Origin: an uncultured delta proteobacterium
GTDB lineage: Bacteria > Desulfobacterota > Desulfobacteria > Desulfobacterales > Desulfosalsimonadaceae
Assembly: GCA_963826785.1 (NCBI GenBank)
Contig: CAWGYD010000006.1
Location: 672,001 to 736,000 of the forward strand
Reading direction: 5' to 3'
Length of the DNA: 64,000 nucleotides
The translations under genes and the position numbers were made by a program. Of the stretch, positions 63,315-64,000 are shown piece by piece (within the stretch, counting starts at the first letter, position 1; each line of letters opens with the position of its first letter). The notes under the pieces were generated by a model, which was not told where the DNA came from, made no database searches, and saw nothing but the letters and a program-made list of their open reading frames with translations.

Positions 63315-63463
63315 GCATAAAATGATATCATTTATTAGTATCATGTCAACGAGATTCTTGAAAAAGTCAAATGGTGGACTTTTCACTTGGCTTAACTTGA
63401 CATCTGTGCCAAAAACCCATAATTTTTCATGGGTAAATCGGAATAATGTCAAGGAAACCACGC

Positions 63464-63694
63464 ATGAAGCATGATGAGTTCTTCAGAAGGCACCCCGTTT
63501 TCACAGGCGAGGAGTTGGCGATGCATCTCTCGGCCCATGGTGAGGTAGGGACGCGAGCACAGGAGGCAACGCTGGCTTACTATCGAAAAACCGGTCGGGT
63601 TGTCCGGGTGCGGCGAGGATTATATGCCGTCATCCCGGCAGGAGCTGATCCCGATTCATATCCGGTCGATCCTTTCCTCATAGCCGCAACCCTT
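63464..63694 (+). pseudogene. Truncated AbiEi-like wHTH regulator
   Basis: FF..HPVFT..E, G...RVRRGLY, VDPFL.A, then homology breaks off. Confidence 0.6.
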
Positions 63695-64000
63695 TTACTT
63701 TTTGGCCCCACGATGGGGGAACCCTTCACTTTTTTCCTTCTCAAAATTAACGATCTGAGCGGATTCGATTCTGTCCGGTGCGGCTCGAAATCGCCTCAAA
63801 TATTGTTTATAACGGCGGTGACGGATTGATGGACTTGGCTGTCTTTGACGGATACGCCCGCTTATAGACGGCGTTTTAATCAGGCGCGGCCGGGCCGATA
63901 TGCGAGGCACTTGATTCCTTCTTTCAGCAATGTTCTGAGCCTTTGGTCCTCTTTTAAAATTTCGATCAGCACCAATGCTGAATTATCAACACCCTCATCC

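Larger units (their letters stand above)
24377..64000. mobile_element. Genomic island / accessory region starting at tRNA-Glu (right end not seen)
   Basis: Abrupt shift to AT-richer sequence; integrase remnant next to the tRNA; several IS, TA modules and pseudogenes. Confidence 0.8.

Noticed and set aside
24360..64000. Second att copy (duplicate of the tRNA-Glu 3' end)
   Set aside because: Not found by eye in the window; it may lie beyond 64 kb or be lost.
63695..64000. Minus-strand coding-like fragment at the window end
   Set aside because: Truncated and apparently frameshifted; no family could be supported.
1..64000. Reverse transcriptase systems, prophage structural genes, rRNA
   Set aside because: No RT (YxDD) protein, capsid/terminase/tail gene or rRNA-like sequence recognised.

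Overview
The window has two parts. Bases 1-24.4 kb are GC-rich core chromosome of what looks like a Desulfobacterota (Desulfobacterales-like) bacterium; this taxonomy is inferred from gene content. This part holds nuoJKLMN-like subunits, an NhaP antiporter, a carboxyltransferase, tag, tatA, a MetE-like core methionine synthase, MoxR/VWA, a PfkB kinase, recD2, trkAH, tRNA-Lys and tRNA-Glu. Directly after tRNA-Glu a visibly AT-richer island begins and runs to the window end. It carries an integrase remnant, IS1634, IS701, IS110/IS1111 and IS91-type elements, and many TA modules. The main unexplained signal is a ~100-bp degenerate repeat, consensus about CTTGCCA-N10-CAATCC-N~12-CCCATGAA-N~3-TTGATCTGGCAATCCTC-N~15-GCATTACTGCCAG-N1-2-CATAGCCG. 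It occurs about 16 times between 27.6 and 57.7 kb, always in the same orientation. The copies separate unrelated 1-4 kb gene modules and surround a short non-IntI tyrosine recombinase. This looks like an integron-like cassette array that does not use canonical attC sites, a candidate undescribed gene-capture system. Many island genes are frameshifted, from decay or long-read errors. Coordinates were counted by hand and may be off by a few bases.
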